Positions 61,270 through 64,000 of a DNA stretch of 64,000 nt are shown here, piece after piece. A model generated the notes under the pieces. It saw nothing but the letters and a program-made list of their open reading frames with translations. It had not been told where the DNA came from and did not search any database. The translations under genes were made by a program, and so were the position numbers. The stretch covers positions 219,356,001 through 219,420,000 of the forward strand of contig OZ024740.1 in assembly GCA_964016885.1 (NCBI GenBank), read 5' to 3'. The first letter of the stretch is position 1, and the number at the start of each line of letters is the position of its first letter. This DNA comes from Eledone cirrhosa (lineage: Eukaryota).

Positions 61270-62438
61270 ATCATCATCATCATCATCATCATCAGGTTTA
61301 GCGTCCGTGTTCCACGCTTGCATGGGTTTGGACGGGGGTTTTCCCACTTGAGGCAAGAGTGGTTGTCTTGCTCGCATAGGACTGTCTGGTGGGTTTTCTA
61401 CAGTTGGATGCCCTTCCTAACACCAACCACATTTACAGTGTGGGGCTGGGAGGTTTTTACCGTGTTGCCTACACGGCCACATTACAGCGTGGACTGTCTG
61501 GCGGGTTTTCTACAGCTGGATGCCCTTCCTAACACCAACCACATTTACAGTGTGGGGCTGGGAGGTTTTTACCGTGTTGCCTACACGGCCACATTTACAG
61601 CGTGGACTGTGTGTTTTTTGTCGTGACACCTACACGATCTCATTTGTTTCGGCCTGGATGTTGTGGGACCAACATAACTTTACATTGAAAGGGGCGGTGT
61701 GGGTGGGGTGGAGGTGGTGGGACGGGGGTGTGTTTTGATAGAGATGCCTACTGACTGTAGTAGGTTTTTACTTTGTATTTAGGTAAGGCGGGTCTTCTCT
61801 ATTACTGAGTACCGCCAAAGGTCTCGGTCCAGTGACATTGTCTTGGAGAGGTGTAAGCGTGTGAGGTCGGAATTTATCAGCTCGTCCCATGTTTTTCTGG
61901 GTCTGCCTACTCCGTGGCTACCGTCTATCTTTATTGCCCTGCACTTTGTTATACAGCTGTCGTCTTTCATGCGCATCACGTGACCGTACCAACGTAGCCT
62001 TTTCTCGAGTAAACAACATCTGATCCCTCTTATTTCTAATTTTTTCCTTAGTTCGTTTATGCTTTGCCGTTCACGTATATTACTATTGCACATCCAGCGG
62101 AGCATGCAAGCTTCGTTCCTCTCTAGTCTGCGTATATCCTCTGCACACAATACCCAGGTCTCACTGCCATGCAGCATTGCTGTTCGTATGCAGGCATCGT
62201 ATAACCTGCCTTTCATTTTTAGGGAGAACCCTCTAGCGGCTAATAGTGGTATAAGCTCTCTGAACTTTTTCCATCCAGTTCTGACTCTAGCTACTGTACT
62301 TTCAGAGCACCCTCCCCCACTGCTGATTTTGTCACCCAGATAACGGAAGCTGTCCACTATTTCTATAGAACCCTCTGCGCAGTTGAAGGAGCTAGTATTT
62401 TGTGGGCACTTGCTGCTACTTATTGCACCAGAGCACCG
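61270..62438 (-). mobile_element. RTE family A 3' fragment, same 3' UTR duplication as the full-length copy
   Basis: ORF 61779-62357 is intact; duplicated module at about 61380-61610; both ends lie in (TA)n. Confidence 0.95.
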
Positions 62439-62439
62439 G

Positions 62440-62472
<33 letters not shown>

Positions 62473-63187
62473 GTTGTATATCATATATATATATATATAT
62501 ATATATGTTATGTCTAGTCTCAGATCATGACAACCTGTCCACATCATCCCAGCATGGAAAAGCAGGCATAAAATGGTGATGATTATAAGGATTAGGTTAA
62601 TTATGAGGGTAAGGATGATGATGATGATAATGATGATTGTGGTGGTGGTGTTGGCAGCAACATTGGCGTCAAAGATGACAAAATGATGATGATGATGATC
62701 ATGTTCATCATCATCATCATCATCATAAAAGTTCATTTGTATATGTGTGTGACAGGAATCCAGAATATTATTATGAATCATGAAAAAGTTCATTATATAA
62801 GCTGTCTAGCTGTAGCTGATATTTGGATATGAAACCAATTTTAGAATGTCTGGCATTAGACAGAACATTTGAGTGGAAAATATTTCCTCCTATCAAAATC
62901 ATTGTTTTAGCATCTGGTTTTCCATGCTGGCATCATTTGAATAAATCTGCAATATAGCATCTCAAATCAATCGGGTGTCATCTCATCTGTGAAATAATAT
63001 GATTACATATCTGTTCTATCAGCGATCTTGCCAATCTCGATCTATCTCTGTTTGGTATTTGGGCCACAACATGCCTGCTTGTCTCCATTGAACAAGAAGG
63101 GCTGATCACATTTATATATAGAGAGAGAGCTAGTAGTGTGTGTGTGTATGAATGTATGTGCATATGTATGTATATGTCTATATATAT

Positions 63188-63373
63188 ATTATATAAAATA
63201 AACAAAGAAGCCTTCAATACATCAAAAATCTTTATTTGCTGACAGTGTTTCGTCCCATTAACCAGGACTCATCAGACTCATCAGACTGATTAGTCCTGGT
63301 TAATGGGACGAAACACTGTCAGCAAATAAAGATTTTTGATGTATTGAAGGCTTCTTTGTTTATTTTATATAAT
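63188..63373. repeat. 186-bp fold-back carrying two divergently oriented hammerhead cores
   Basis: Arms 63188-63275 and 63286-63373. Minus strand CTGATGA gtcct ggttaat gggac GAAAC ACT GTC; the plus strand is the same except CTGATTA. Confidence 0.85.
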
Positions 63374-63609
63374 TTTTCGGCTCTGTTGGAAAACATTGAG
63401 CTATACTCTATACTGTCTTTTCTCTAATACGACGAGTGTGTTTAACTCCAATGCACTCAAGTATTCTAATCTTATATATATATATATAGTAATAATAAAT
63501 ACAATAAACAAAACCCAAAGAGGACTCGATAAAGGTATATATATAAACCAGCAAATATTTATTATTAGTACAGATTAAAAGTTTTTAATCTGCACTAATA
63601 ATATATATA

Positions 63610-63903
63610 TGCCCCCACCCCCTCCCACTGTAAAGTGGTCGTGGAGGTGCCACGGGAAAAAAGCACGCAACCCACACTGTAAAGTGGACGTGTAGGCGCC
63701 ACGGAAAAAAGCACCCAGCACTCACTGTAAATGAAGTTGGCGTTAGGAAGGGCATCCAGCTGTAGAAATCAAGCCAAGATCAGTTCCCGTATGAGCAAGA
63801 CAAGGTCAGCCAACTGGACACTGCCCACAACAGGACAACCCGTCTAACCCATGCTAGTGTGGAAGATCGGACGTAAAACAGTGATGATGATGATGATAAT
63901 GAT
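63610..63903 (+). mobile_element. Isolated RTE/SINE 3' module with (GAT)n tail
   Basis: Matches about 54256-54545 in reverse orientation. Confidence 0.8.
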
Positions 63904-64000
63904 ATATATATATATATATATATATGCATGTCTAAAGTCTGTCTTAAGCCAGAAGGCTCATTTGGCCGGTGCTTATCCCAGTTTCATGGCATGAAGCGAT

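Overview
This is AT-rich, repeat-dominated eukaryotic genomic DNA, not prokaryotic. The repeat content suggests a cephalopod, probably an octopus; this is inferred from the repeats only: RTE LINEs with (GAT)n tails, tRNA-headed SINEs, and abundant (TA)n/(CA)n/(TACA)n microsatellites. It is probably intronic or intergenic. The only convincing host-gene piece is a 118-bp plus-strand exon (32077-32194) encoding the start of an ankyrin repeat. The rest comprises one near full-length RTE LINE with an open 1024-codon APE-RT ORF carrying a PHD-type zinc finger (23670-26744), more than a dozen truncated RTE copies from at least three families, Penelope-like element (PLE, GIY-YIG) remnants from several lineages, several SINE families, and decayed Tc1/mariner/Tigger elements and MITEs. 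The most interesting layer is non-coding. There are about ten type I hammerhead ribozyme (HHR) motifs in mutually unrelated short elements, mostly next to (TA)n tracts and often in inverted or fold-back arrangements. Two of these families have an unusual branched (two-hairpin) stem II. There are also several long hairpins, two with strand-biased G-U pairs. All structures were read by eye; no searches or folding programs were run.
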